64,000 bases of DNA. It comes from Lama glama (taxonomy: Eukaryota). How positions within the stretch are numbered: position 1 is the first letter of the stretch; every line of letters starts with the position of its first letter. Where the stretch lies: contig CM052818.1 in NCBI GenBank assembly GCA_028534125.1, forward strand, positions 43,712,001 through 43,776,000, in the 5' to 3' direction. Positions 11,787 to 25,117 of the stretch are shown here, in pieces. Both the position numbers and the translations under genes were made by a program. The notes under the pieces were generated by a model. That model ran no database searches and was not told the DNA's origin. It worked only from the letters and a program-made list of their open reading frames with translations.

Positions 11787-12565
11787 AATAGTGAGAAGCT
11801 AAAAGCTGCTCCTCTAAGATTAGGAGTAAGACAAGGACACCCACCCTCGTCACTTTTATTCAACATAGTACTAGAAGCTCCAGCCAGAGTAATTAGGCAA
11901 GAAAAGGAAATAAAAGGCATCCCAATAGAAAAGGAAGAAGGGAAACCATCCCTACTTTCTGATGATGCTGTATCAGAAAACCCCAAAGACTCCGCCAAAA
12001 CAGCCATTAGAACTAATAAACAAATCCATTAAAGTTGTTTACCGTCTATACAGTTTTATATTATTCAGCCTTGAAATAGAAGGAAACCCTGCCATTTGTG
12101 ACAACATGGACGAACCATAGGGCATGAAGTGAGAGAAGCCAGACAGAAAAATAAATACTGTATGTGCAATCTAAAAAAAAAAAAAAAAGTTGAGCTCATA
12201 GAAATAGATAATAAAATGGTGGTTGCCAGGGGCCAGTGTCGGGGTATGTGTAGGAGAAATAGGAAGAAGATGGTGAAAAGGTATAAGTTTTCATGCATGA
12301 GATGAATAAGGTCTGGAGACCTAACGTATAACATGCTGACTTGGTTGATAACATTGTATTGTATAAGTGAAAGTAAGAGAGTAGAATTTATGTTGTTCTC
12401 ACAATAAAAAAAAATGGTCAATGGGAGAGGTGATGGAGGTGTTAATCTACTTAGTGATGGGAATCCTTTCATAATGTGTACGTATATCAAATCCTCACGT
12501 GGTACACTTTAAGTGTAATTGCAATTTTATTCATCAAGTATACCTCAAATATATTTAAGAAAAAG
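11787..12565 (+). mobile_element. Degraded L1 (L1MA9-like): ORF2 reverse-transcriptase fragment joined to the 3' end
   Basis: Translates to [45 protein letters not shown]...SLLSDD, matching L1 ORF2 [16 protein letters not shown]...FADD. 12060-12565 is L1 ORF2 end/3'UTR (gccatttgtgacaacatgga; aatggtggttgccagggg) with an A-rich tail. Confidence 0.93.
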
Positions 12566-12729
12566 ACTCAAAAAAGAAAGAAAAAGGTCATTCATCATCT
12601 TAGGAACATACTAGCAGATACCAAAATCTGAAACAAAAATAAAAATAAAGCGTGTGATTAAGATGCTTTAAGAGTTCCAGAGATGGAGGTGGGGAATAGT
12701 CCACAGAAGCAGCCAAGAGAAAGTTGGAA

Positions 12730-13150
12730 AAAAATGACCCCTGCTCTGAGGGAGCTTGTAGTCCAACACAGTAGTAACGTGTTAGTTAAACCAATTCAAG
12801 TCGCAGACCGAAGAAGTAAGTGGTGAGTGCGTAAAACAGACAGGGACAAATTCTGTTACAATTCAAAGGATGGGGAGATTAAATCTGGTTGTTGAGCTCA
12901 AGGAGGGAACAATGGAGGAAAAAGAGTATTTTGGATGAGTTCTGAAGAGAGGAAAGACCATCATACTCAGAGATGTCACCTGGGGACAAGGGGATGGGAT
13001 GTGGGTTAGGGAAGCCAAGGTCCAGAGAATCGGAAGAACGAAAGTATGGCGATGAGATGGTTCATGTGGAGTTCAGTTATATCACTGAAGAAGAGAACAT
13101 ACAGAAGGAGTCAAGTGGAAAATGCAGTTTGCAACATTATCTGGCCATGT
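12730..13150 (-). mobile_element. L2 fragment
   Basis: ccctgctctgagggagcttgtagtc...ggatgagttctgaag. Confidence 0.5.
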
Positions 13151-15679
13151 TCCTCCTGAGTAAAGGACTATCTCTTCTAAAGTCAAGGAAGTTCTAAGTG
13201 GGATTGCAGATGAATGGTGTCGAAAGACAGAGAAATGACTAGCTTTGGGGTTGATTGGATCAAACTCCTACAGCGGGCAGCACCCCACCAGTGGGAGACA
13301 GGGACCTGATCTGGGGATGTCTGCAATAGAATCCTAGTCCCACAGCTCAGTCTGTGACCCTGAGCTATGTCTCTCAGTCAGTTTTCACGTGTGTGTGATG
13401 GAAGTATTCACCCTTGCTCTACACAGTTATTCACTTTCTTAAGTGCTGATCTTCATAACAATCCAGCAGAAAAAGCGTCATTACTGCCAATTATACAGAT
13501 GAAGCAGAGTTGTCTAGGGCACACAGTGACGAGAGGTCCCACAATTTACCCGGCTCCGTACGCCCTTGCGTGTACTCACACAAACAAAATCAAACTGGTA
13601 TTCCCCAAGTTCTTTGAGCACAGCGTTACCCTTGCTTAGAAGGAACCCAAACTTGCTACCTCCCTGAGCCCCATTCCTCTCTGGAAGCACTGTTTTCTTC
13701 ATTCTACCAAGGACCTGGATTATATAGACACTCAACACGTAATTGAGGATTTGCCCTGATAGGAAACTGATATCTAACATAAAATAGATATAGAAGAGTG
13801 TCTGTGTTTAAAGTTGTATAATTACGATGTTCTGTGTTTGTAGAAGTTGTAAAAACTTTCACGTTGCAGTTGCTGAGTTGTCGAACTTCTGGAGTTGGCC
13901 GCTACTTCCCACGTATGGGAATTTGTTCTTTTGCAAACTCCCTCATAGGTTTCTTATGAGCTTTAAATGGCGAGTGTTTGCAGAGTTTATAGCACCGTCT
14001 TATAACGGAGTAAGTGTCCATCAAATGTTATGATACTTCCCAGGATCAACACCATGGTTACCACTGTGATTTTCTCCCCCTAACAACCTGGTGGAGTCCC
14101 CAGGGCAGACGTGAGTGTCCCAGGTTTACAGAAGGGGGAACAGTAGTCCTCAGCAGGGGTACGTGGCTGCATCTAACAGATCAGCAGCCCTTTGCTTCAT
14201 GACACAGTGGTATTTCCTTTGCCATCATGTCTCAGTGTATCCATGGTAGAACATTCTTCCAGTTGGGAAAAAGGTTGGCAGAAAGGACGGTGAATGAGCT
14301 GAATCATTTCAGTGGACAGATTGGGAAAATATTGTTGTTCCTTTTGCGTGTTACGTTCTTGCCAGAAATCAAGTAGATGGAGTTTTTGCAGAGTAACCAG
14401 TTAGCTAAATGTGTTGGTTTCAAATAATCAGGTTTAGAGCCATACCAGTTATATGTGATGTTTGAAGAAAGAAAATCATGAAGTTCAGGCATGACACTGA
14501 GCTTGCTGAGCTTGGCTCACTACCAAATATCTCTCATCAAAAGTAATGACTCTGAAGAGTTATAAATACCATAACCTTCTATCGTGAAGCATAAATTATT
14601 ACAGGAAAGGTTTTACATTTAAGTCACCTTCTCAGGATCCTGGGAGTTCACTAAGATTACAAATATCCAATTCAGACGCCAATTGCCTAAAGAAAAAAAG
14701 ATGTTTATATAGCAGCTGAGGGCAAATCTCCTCACTATATGCACAGTTTTATCTGCTCAGAGGTCATGCTCGCTTTACCTCCGATCTACACCTCACATCA
14801 GTCTCCAGAAGGGAAACCAGGTTCCACAAGCAGTTTTCCAGCTTAATGAGATAAGAGTCCTGACGATCAGTGCATGAATGTAAAACTGAGATAAACCAGT
14901 ATCCGCTACTGATAAATATTTAACAGATGTGGTCCAAATGCCTCTGCCAGCTGGAGGAGGGAAAACGTTCTATTTCACAGTTCAGATATAATTATTGGCC
15001 ACATTTCTCCAAGCAGAGACAGTGACATTGGCTCCCTCCCCAGGAGAATTTTCCTCTGATCTTGGCATTGGGACCTGCTTTTCTTTGACAGATTGCGGCA
15101 ATATACCCTTCACTTGACCCACTTTATTCATTCACAAGATACGTGGAGCCAAAACCACGTATGAGAAGTAGGAAGGGGAGAGGCTGGAACAAGCTGCGTT
15201 CGCATACCTACCAAAGGGTTATGGAGCATCCCATGTATCCCAGGCACCACAGAGGGTGCCTGTCCGTGTGTCAGGAGAGCATCAAGGTTGGGCTGACGGA
15301 TGATCATTTGGTCCAAGTAGTTCATTCAGGACTTAGAAGAACTTTTCCTCAGACCCAACAGTCACTTTTTTGGAAAGCTTCACAGACAGTCATCATTATT
15401 CCAAGTATTTTGCCCTTTTCACTCCCTAAACACAACTTGTGCAAAGAATTTTCCTAAACATCACCACCGAGACTCCTTCCAGTAATGGCTGACTCACCAC
15501 CGGGACTCCCAAGCAGCTCTTGTATAACGGGAGCAGGATGTTTTGACCATGTTCCTTGACCTGACCATTTTGACCCCAAGGATGTTTTGGTCCAAGAATG
15601 CATTCCAGAGCTTAGGTGGGTAACACGCTCCAACTAAATTCATTTCCCATTTCTACTCTTTTCCTGTGTAATCATTTTC

Positions 15680-16130
15680 CAAACACTGCTACCAGCATAA
15701 TTTTTTTCTAAAACACAGGTCTGACCATGTCATCTCTCTGCTTAAGAGCCATCAATCACTGACTTCCCATCACTGACAAAAAAGCAACACCACCTTCTGA
15801 TCCCACTTGACCTGCCTTTTTCCATCTTCAACTCTTCTTGCATAATCGCCCGCTGGCCACCAAGCACATTCTGCATGTGTCAGACGTTAATTTATGTTAT
15901 TTTCCTTGCCCAAGGCCCCCACTCCAGAATTGTTTTCAAGTCTCACTCTTCCTCAATACAAAGCATCTTTCAAGACCCATGTCAAGTATCTCTGCATCCA
16001 GGAAGCATTTTCTGTCAACTCCAGGCTTTGAAGCCCCTCTGCCTCTAAACACACAGAGCATCTATTGTATCTCGGTCATTACAAACACCTCCTCACTATG
16101 GAATGTGATGTACTTTTCTTCGTGAGTACA
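15680..16130 (+). mobile_element. L2 fragment
   Basis: tttctaaaacacaggtctgaccatgtcatctctctgcttaa...cttcccatcact...atccaggaagcattttctg. Confidence 0.7.
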
Positions 16131-16694
16131 TAGCTAGCTCACTGGTTATGGAGACTCAAGCTCATGTTTGATGTCAGTTATGTAGGTCGCAAGGGCAACA
16201 TGGTTGGGAACCTGGTGCTGTATTGATGACAAGGGCAGAAGGGACGTATGAGGCTTCTTCCCTCATCGAGCACCTGTCTCAGAGCCGCAGAGCCCGCCAA
16301 AGAGGACAGAAAGCTTGTCAGATAGAGAAGGGCTTGTCAGCTGCCAAGAGGGTGCTGTTACTCTCCAGCTGGAAGCCCCAAATCCTGTACCATGGGAGTC
16401 TTCTCAGGGTGCCTGGCCCGGGCCCTGCCATGCAGCCAGAGCGTGTTGGTTTGGTGTAAGGAATTCTATGGGAAGGGAAAGCCTAGCTCGGAAGACACCG
16501 CTGATGCAACAGGTATCTCCTCCACCCCCGTCCCCATGGAATCTGCCTTTTTAAGGACCAAGTTTAATCAGATACTTCCCAGTGGAATATGCATATGCTG
16601 AGCTCACTGACAGTTGTAGGATGGATCTGATTGTGACTCAAACGTCAGCAGATCTGGGGTCTGGAGACTCATTTCTTTGTTTGCTTGTGTATGA

Positions 16695-16880
16695 TTTCAA
16701 CAGTTGTTTACTGCGCCCCTGCACTGTGCCCAAGGACGCCACGGGAGGGGGACCCTAATCTTGCTCTTGAGGAGGGCCCTGTGAACATCTCAGAGACGGA
16801 ACAGCTGGCGCTCGGCAAGGTCGAGGGACTGGCCGCTGGCCAAACCCGGGTTGGCCTGGACTCCCGTTCAGGGTCCTGGA
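16695..16880 (-). mobile_element. GC-shifted MIR-like fragment
   Basis: gtttactgcgcccctgcactgtgcc...cagagacggaacagctggcgctcggcaaggtcgagggactggcc aligns loosely to antisense MIR. Confidence 0.5.
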
Positions 16881-17894
16881 TTCCCATCCCAGCCCCTCCC
16901 CACCCTCTGCTGTCCCGAAGTCCCGGTTCGGAGAGCGACTCTGCTCCTCCCAGGTTCCTTAAATCTTGCCTGGATGGCTGGCAAGCCTGGGGTGAGGACA
17001 CAGCGTGAGGGAATAGGCCCTGTTTTCTATCTGACTTGGGGGAGACAAGGAGACAACCTTTCCGAGTTGAGCGGAAACCCTGTGATTAAAGACAGTTCCT
17101 GGTCGCAGAGTATCTGGAATTTTCTTTCCCCTTGGTTTGCATTTCAGAATGCTTCTTTCCGTTGGCACTCGTGCTCGGTCAGACCTCACCGTTTCCCTGG
17201 GACGTGGGCCAACTTGATTACCTCTGTTTTCCATGCTCGGAAGCGGCTCTGTAATAATGCCTTTAACCTTTGCAAAGCCAGGGAAAATGTGACAGCAAAG
17301 GCTGTATTAGTACTTGCCAACATTCCCTGCCTGCTAGATTGTGAGGATTTATGACACATTTACGAAGAAGAAAACGAAACTCTGTCACTTCCCAGTTGGT
17401 CTCTGCTGATCGGCTCCGAGCTCTGCGCAGCCAGCCCATCGGCCACCCCCGATAGAAACTAGACCGTCCTACCACAAAGGCCTCTGGTCCTGGCATCACC
17501 TCAGACGTGCTTTCCTGCTCTGTTTCCTAGCGCTCGTGTTTCAACCTTTAACATCCTTAAGAATCTCTGAGTTCTTCTATTGGTTTTTCTAGCTCTTCCC
17601 AGCCACTTAGGAGCAGTGCCCTGAGAAGATCAACGTGGCTTCCATTTCTCTTTGGTCCTTGAAACCAGCATTAAAACACCCTTTGTCCCACTCTCTTTAG
17701 ACTTTCTATGAGTTTCCCACCACTGTGCTCAGCCCAGGCTCCGGCTTAATTCAGCTCAGTAGATCCTAAGAGGAGAGTTTAGACAGTCATACGAGAGAGA
17801 AATGAGCTGTGTCAGACTAATGGGTTTACTGCAAAGTTCTATTTCTTCCTTTAATAGACTAAACATTTTAGCTATTTGTTTTTTTTATAAACGT

Positions 17895-18990
17895 GGTAGA
17901 GGTTGCCTGGGCATTCACAAACATATTCTCTCTTATCCCTGAACCCACTGCTGGACAGCATTCTCCAGCCTTCGTTACAGTTACATCCAACCAAATGGGC
18001 CATTTCCAGCCAGTGAAAGCATAGGTGGAAGTGTCATGCGCCCCCTTTTGGCCTGCTTTNNNNNNNNNNNNNNNNNNNNNNNNNNNNNNNNNNNNNNNNN
18101 NNNNNNNNNNNNNNNNNNNNNNNNNNNNNNNNNNNNNNNNNNNNNNNNNNNNNNNNNNNNNNNNNNNNNNNNNNNNNNNNNNNNNNNNNNNNNNNNNNNN
18201 NNNNNNNNNNNNNNNNNNNNNNNNNNNNNNNNNNNNNNNNNNNNNNNNNNNNNNNNNNNNNNNNNNNNNNNNNNNNNNNNNNNNNNNNNNNNNNNNNNNN
18301 NNNNNNNNNNNNNNNNNNNNNNNNNNNNNNNNNNNNNNNNNNNNNNNNNNNNNNNNNNNNNNNNNNNNNNNNNNNNNNNNNNNNNNNNNNNNNNNNNNNN
18401 NNNNNNNNNNNNNNNNNNNNNNNNNNNNNNNNNNNNNNNNNNNNNNNNNNNNNNNNNNNNNNNNNNNNNNNNNNNNNNNNNNNNNNNNNNNNNNNNNNNN
18501 NNNNNNNNNNNNNNNNNNNNNNNNNNNNNNNNNNNNNNNNNNNNNNNNNNNNNNNNNNNAAACATTTTAGCTATTTGTTTTTTTTATAAACGTGGTAGAG
18601 GTTGCCTGGGCATTCACAAACATATTCTCTCTTATCCCTGAACCCACTGCTGGACAGCATTCTCCAGCCTTCGTTACAGTTACATCCAACCAAATGGGCC
18701 ATTTCCAGCCAGTGAAAGCATAGGTGGAAGTGTCATGCGCCCCCTTTTGGCCTGCTTTGTAATAGCTTCCTACGAATGGCCCCTTGTTTCTTCCTCCTTT
18801 GTCCACTGGTACATTGAACTCCATTATTCTAGAGTAGAGAGGAGAAAGTGAATAGATACTCAGGTAGGTCCTTGAATTATCGTTAGAAAGGCACCACCGG
18901 CTAGTATATTGGACTTTATGTGACTGAAAAATAAGCACGTGTAATGTTAAGCTACTGAGGAAGTGGGGATTTTGTTTTAAAAGCGTATGC
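17895..18990 (+). mobile_element. MLT1 (MLT1J-like) MaLR LTR spanning the first assembly gap
   Basis: cattctccagccttc...ggtggaagtgtcatg...ggactttatgtgactgaaaaataagc...gttaagctactgagg...ggggattttgtt. Confidence 0.6.
18060..18559. other. Assembly gap (500 N)
   Basis: Run of N. Confidence 1.
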
Positions 18991-20549
18991 CATCCCTCCA
19001 CCAACTATTATGGAAATCAGTACCTTGGTGTTGGCTTAGTGGTTGGGCTGGAAGAGTAAAGAGCTGTGTGTTACTGCGGCAAAGTGTCTGGTACGCGGTT
19101 GCCTTCAGCCCACTTGATTTCCGTGGCTCCAGAGGGAGCAGCTGGAAAAAGAACACCTGCATGTCAGATGCACTGATTTGATTTAGCACAGCATCACGAG
19201 AAAGAGAGGAGTTCGGGCAAGAATGGACTGCTTTTCAAACGGATGTCCACCACAACGGAGAAAATCCAAAGATGCAGGGTTCTACAATGTTAGAAAGCAA
19301 GCTGCTGCCGGGTCCCAAATAGTAACACATACAAGGGAAAGAGATTTCAGTGACTACAGGCGAGTCAGCATTCTCAGTTGAAGTAAGTGGCTCAAATCCG
19401 AGCCCACTATTCAGAAATGACGTGGTTTGTCCCAAGTATTGTTTCACCTAGCATCAAGGTGTCCCCTTCAGTTGAGAAGAAGAATGCAAAGAGGTGAAAA
19501 AATCAAAAAAAAATTTTTAGTGAGTATTATCTCCAAGAAAGGGCAAATCACACTTATCTTGTGTGTCAATGAATACATTTATAAATACCAAGTTTTTTTA
19601 AAAATCGAGGCATTAAGAAATAAAATTCATTTCCAAAGATATAGCTATTTTGTAAAGTTTCATTATCTTGCTAATTTTCAGGCAACTGTACTCACGTATT
19701 TGAATCTTCACTTCCCTGGGCATCTTATTACTGTCTGAACACAGGATTAATGACAACCCTAAAATAGACTGCAAATAAAAATATTATCACAATGAAATTG
19801 AGTTTTATTGGCCACTGTTCAAAGAGATAATTACATTCTGTAGGATCAAACCTCGTACTCTAAATGTCATTTCCTATAAAAGTGAATTGCTGTTTTGGGC
19901 ACTGGTTCTTTCCACTTTAAATATCCTAGGAACACTCTGGTTTTGAGGAGGGGGGTCTCCCTGATGGAAAAGCTGTTCCTTTGTTAAGGGTCAGAGAAAT
20001 AAAAGAGAACAGCCACATAGAAGATGACACAAATAACAAATCACCACTTAAAATTTTATCGTATATTTATTTATGAAGTTTTTTTCAGATCATACCTGTT
20101 ACTCTTATTTTACAGAATGTGTGCACCCTGTGCACAAAAATTTGCAGTGGAATGAGGAGTCCTGTGATCTCAGGCTGCTATCAGACCAATATTCCCTCAA
20201 GCGTTGTCTATTTATGGCTGTGTGACTCTAGATTTATTGTCGTGTTCGCCCTCTCGTTTATCCTTAGAGCAGTTGGAGACCCAATATTCATATGAAACTG
20301 ATTTGGAAATTTGTCAGAATTCAAACAGACCATTACTGGCAGAGCTTAAGTTTGCACCAAGCTCTTTTTCACTCACTCTAAAAAAATCGATTCTTTGCAC
20401 TCTGCCACACTGCCATTCCACGCTCCCATAAACACAGAAGCCACATGTCATGATTAGCAAGTCAAAGCCAAGCCGAAATCTAGCATGGTAATAATTCTTC
20501 TTTATTTGCTCTTTGTATTAACTCCTAATTACATGCAACATATGTGAAT

Positions 20550-21071
20550 ATTCTTTCCTAAACAAATTTCTCCAAACTGAGTGACTTAAAACAAGACTCA
20601 TATATTTTCTAGTAGGTTTTGAAGGTCAGGGATCTGGGCGTGGCTTCGCTGAGTCCTCTGCTTTAGGGCCTCTCCCAAGGCTGCTATCAAGGTCACAGTC
20701 ATCTCCAATCCAAGTTCAAGGAGGGCAGGATCTGCTTCCAAGTTCACTCGGTGGTTGTTGACAGGATTCAATTCCTTGAGGGCCGTGAGTCTGAGCGCCT
20801 CAGTTCTGTGTTGGAGGTTGGACATAAACCTCCCTCAGCTCCCGGCCAGGTCGCCCTCTGCATCGGAGCCGTCCTGTGTAAAGACCCAGGGAGGGAAGTC
20901 ACGCTCCTTTATGACCTAACCTTGGTACGTCATCCCATCACTTTGCCATCCTCTCTTCATTCACGGCAAGTCGTTGTGTTCAGCCCATACTCCAGGGGAG
21001 GTGATTACAGAAGAGCGTGAGCCGCGGGAGGCCGGGCTCACTGGCTGTGTCGTCACAGTCTGCCCCCCACA
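20550..21071 (-). mobile_element. MLT1F-like MaLR solo LTR
   Basis: gtgacttaaaacaa...ggtcagggatctgggcgtggctt...ggatctgcttccaagttcactc...gacaggattcaattccttg...ccatcactttgcca...cagcccatactccaggggagg. Confidence 0.85.
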
Positions 21072-21169
21072 GATACACTTGTGTTACAAAGGATGTTTTC
21101 TTAATTCAAATCTTATAATTTCTCTTAAGAGCACCCTGACTGATGGCTTCATGTGTACTTGGGAGGACT

Positions 21170-21340
21170 TCTCATTTATTCACTCAAAAATGCGTACTTT
21201 TTGGAAGCCCTGGTGCTGGATGCCCAGAACACAGGCGGGACTTTCTCATCCTTGCCTCGGCGGGGCTTGGTTTCTGTCCAGGGCAGGAGTCGGATGTATA
21301 AGCAAGGCTGTGACGGGGAGGTGATAAAAGCAAAGCGTGT
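21170..21340 (-). mobile_element. L2 3' end fragment
   Basis: tcatttattcactcaaaaa...ccctggtgctggatgc. Confidence 0.5.
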
Positions 21341-22114
21341 GAGGCAGGATCTTCCCATGCTGACATACCTCCCTTGTTAGGCAGGTAGTAACATCATTTT
21401 ATGCTTAAAATTTCCGTTGCATCCAGTCAACCAATCAACTGTCAGTCCTATTCCCTCACAGTGAAATGAGAGCATATAAGTATAATTATAAAACCATGGA
21501 ATGAGTCTGGACAGTTGGCACAAAAAAAAGGGGCGGTCACAGCTGCTCTGCAGAGCATTCAGAAAATGTTTTCATAGGGGAGATGGAGTTGGAGTGAAGT
21601 TTTGAAAAATCAGTTTCCCCATTAGATGGCTGGGTGTGTACAGCTGGCGATACCATTCAGCAAGGCAAGGAATCCATGAAAAGAAGCAGGTTTAGATGCA
21701 GTATAAAATACTATCTTACCATCGTATTGAGTTTCAGTTGAAGAAAACAGAAGCCATGCTATCAGGTTAACAAAACTGAGAGTTAGTAAAGGTTCTCGCA
21801 AAATTCCTAGAAGGAATCAAGAAGTGGACTGCCATCTAGGTATCATAGGATGTCTTCATACACATGCACACACACACGTCCTTTCCCCTGACTCTCTTAG
21901 CCACACTTTGCTGAATCAAACACTTCTACTCATCTCACTTCTGTAGCTGTGGTTGTAACAGAGTCTGGGAAATGCAGTCTTTCTTCAGCTCTGCTAGAAG
22001 GAAACTGGAACAGTGGGCGCCCTGTCTCGGTATCAGTCCCATTTTAATTTTAAAATATGTTGCTTGAAGTGCCAGTGGGACACCTTTGTGGAGGTGCCTG
22101 GCGAGCACTGGGTA

Positions 22115-22400
22115 CAGAGTCGCCCGTTGGTATCCTAAGGGGATTGGCTTCAGGAACCCTGCAGACACCGAAATCTGTGGATGCTCAGTGTCTTCTCTAA
22201 AATGGCCCTGTATCTGCATATAACCTAAGTGCATCCTCCCACACACTTTACGTTGTCTCCAGATTACGTATAATACCTAACACAAGGTAAATACTATGTA
22301 AATAGTGGGGTTTTTTTTTTGAATTATCTGGATTTTTTCCCCAAATATTTTGAATCTGCGGTTGATTGAAACTTTGGAGGGAGGCGGATACTGACTTTAC
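22115..22400 (+). mobile_element. MER2 (TcMar-Tigger non-autonomous DNA transposon)
   Basis: Preceded by TA; ggtatcc..ggggattgg..aaatctgtggatgctca..gcatataaccta..agattacgtataatacctaa..tatgtaaatagt..aatattttgaatctgcggttgattgaa. Confidence 0.88.
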
Positions 22401-23994
22401 TGGTTTGAAGTTCAGGGACAACATACCACCAAGGGATCTGGTGACGGATGACTCTGAAAATATATGTCACCCAAAAAAGTGTGAGAACCAGCAAAGGCTT
22501 CTCGTAACTCTCTGACATTGCATATTCATTTTAATAAGCGCCAAGAACGTTAGAAACCCTATGTTTCCAAGAACCAGTTAGAAGATCTATTTCAACTGTT
22601 GTCTACTCTTTGAATTTGCCAGCTTCCTGGCTAAATTAATGAGCAATTACATTGAACTTAATATCACCTAAAACCACCTTTGTCAGACAACTCTCTGAAA
22701 CTAGGTGAGACTCGTCCAAAATTATTCTCCCTGTAACTTCCACGTATTCATTCTTTTTTCTATACTCCGAAGCCTCCAGTGTATGTTGTGCCCCATTTCC
22801 TTCAACAGCGCATCAAAATTTGTAGGGAATTGTTAATGTGTGAGCCCCCTCCTTGGATAATAAGTTGTACTTTGAATGCTTGGCAAAAAATTAAGTAAAG
22901 AGGCAGTGAGAGGCTCAGAGGGTCCCGTTTTCCTGGTGTTCGGTGGGTCCCCAGCGCTTCGAAGAGATTCACGAAGCTTGCTTACCATTAGTGCCGCTTT
23001 CTCACCTCAGTCTTCTCATCTGAAGTGTTTCCTTCCCTGAACAGTAGCAGTGGACCGAGGGAAAACCTTCTGCCTCTAAATAAGTGAGCTCAGATAAATA
23101 CAGAGAAATAGATCTCAGGATTCCACATTAAGGGTATAATTTTGAATTTTAAAATATGACAGCCGAGACCAGGCAGCACCAGTGCCTGATGTTAGCAATA
23201 GGCACAGCAGGAAAAGGCAGCTGGAAAGGTCTAGAAAACAGATGGATATCAGAAGCCGTTTCATTAAAAGGAATTGTTTTGCAAAGGCAACTGTGTAGCA
23301 TAGTAAAGGTAATGGTTTTTAATCTACTGTGCAACATAGGGACTGTGCCAGAGCTTTCATTTGCTGGTTTTATTTCACACCTAAGCGCAAGGGGGTCGTT
23401 ACTCTCCCTTTATCAGAGACAAGAAGACTGAAGCTCAGAGATGTCAGGTAATGTGCCCCTCCGTTCACTCATTCATTCAGTCCGTCAGTGCTCTTTATGC
23501 CCTAGCAGGGCGAAGCCCCTTTCTGGTCTGTCCTGTCGCTCAGCGGAATAACAGGACCAGGTTTGGGTTCCAATAAAGAATCCTTGGGGTGCTCTAACTT
23601 TGCTTTGTGTTTCGGTTTATTATCTCTGGGTCAGAAAATAGATTTCCCTTGTCATTGCACCAGTAACTCCCATCCAGAACATCTCTCAGATGGCGTCACA
23701 CCTGGCTGAGCTGGGTTCTCAGCTGATCTTGCTCTGTACTCAGCTCATGGGGGTTTGGGCGCCTCAGTTGTCAGGCAGGTGCCTAGAAGGGAAAGTGACT
23801 GTTTTCAGCAATTTCTGAGACAGGTCCCATCCCTGTCTGGGGGATTTACCGAGTGCCAGGTGACTGACCCATTCAGACAGTTAGGCTATTGTTTAGGAAA
23901 TTTAGTTCGCATTCCCACTCCTACTGGCTGCTTGTTTATTGACGTAAAGAGTATTATTATTTCAGGGGATCTGGAATCGAGAAACCTTGACCTG

Positions 23995-24130
23995 TTTCCT
24001 GTCGGTGTTTTTCATTTTACGGATGAAAGAATTTAGACTCAGAATGATGGAATGAGGAGGTGCCTTTTCCAAAAACGTAGAGCAATTTATAAATTAAAAT
24101 GGGCCAGAACTCAGAATTATGGAATTTTGT
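23995..24130 (-). mobile_element. MIR-family fragment
   Basis: tcattttacggatgaaagaatttagactcaga. Confidence 0.55.
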
Positions 24131-25117
24131 ACCCGAAGTCATCCCCCCACCCCACCTAGGACCTTTTCTTCCTTCCTGAGAGATGGCGTCCTGCAGAGCT
24201 GCTTTGCCCACAAGCAAACATCAGATCAAGTGGACAGAATCTGGTTTACACTGGCCATTGAACGATGATCTCAGCTCTGTGTCTTAGAAACTAGAGCTCC
24301 TGGGGGTGGGTTTCAGTCCTTACTCATTTTACTAAATTGCATGGGTCCATCACTTCTTTTCTCCTGACCGAATAGGACATTAGGCCACTTGGAAAATTTT
24401 TACAAATGCATATTGTATCCGTGTGTGCAGCACAAGCCCTGTTTCAAATATGTCTATGTATACACTGGCAACCTCCCCTTTTCCTCTCAGGAAGTTGGAA
24501 ACAGATGTTTCAGCTAAACTAATAACTGTGCTTCTGTATTTGTGTTTGGGATTCAAAGAACTTCTACCCAGTGGGTTAAAGTCACATTCATATAATTTTC
24601 CTGATGAAGTGGGAGAACAGCATGTCTGATAAATGGAAGAACACTCTTTGTCATTGGAAGTCATTCTTCATTTACTGAAAAATGCACCTGAAGCTACGAG
24701 TGAGCAAGGAGCAGAGCGTCACTGGGCCCCGTCACTGTAACACGGATCTCCTGCTCTGTATCCTGAGGACTTACTGACACACTGCCTCGCATTGTGCTGA
24801 TGCCTTACAAGGGGCCTGTGTCTTGGCTGCATGGGAACATCCCCGTCTTCTCAGGGACCAATAAACCATGGTTTAGTCTTTATTTTTCTCATGGTTTATT
24901 CTCCAGGAACTATCAGAGTGCAGAATGCATTTTTATACTAAGCTTGCACTAAATGTCTCTTTCTTTTCTCATCAGTGAGTATTAATTGTCTATCACAGTC
25001 TAGGCTCTCAGAAAGTAAAAATAAGAAAGCATTGGTTCCTGCCTTCAAAGAGCTCGTAGTTTCATGGAAGATACACACACGAACTCAACCAACTGCCTAC
25101 AAGGCAGTAAATGCTCA

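Noticed and set aside
11754..12032. Reverse-transcriptase-like ORF as a novel retroelement or retron-type system
   Set aside because: It is an ordinary dead L1 ORF2 fragment with a degenerate catalytic region (LSDD in place of FADD).
17981..18641. Long ORFs of 181-201 aa
   Set aside because: They are artifacts of translating the N gap.
18037..18753. Two CTCF-like motifs GGCCAAAAGGGGGCGC
   Set aside because: The core has two mismatches, and the second copy comes from the probable assembly duplication.
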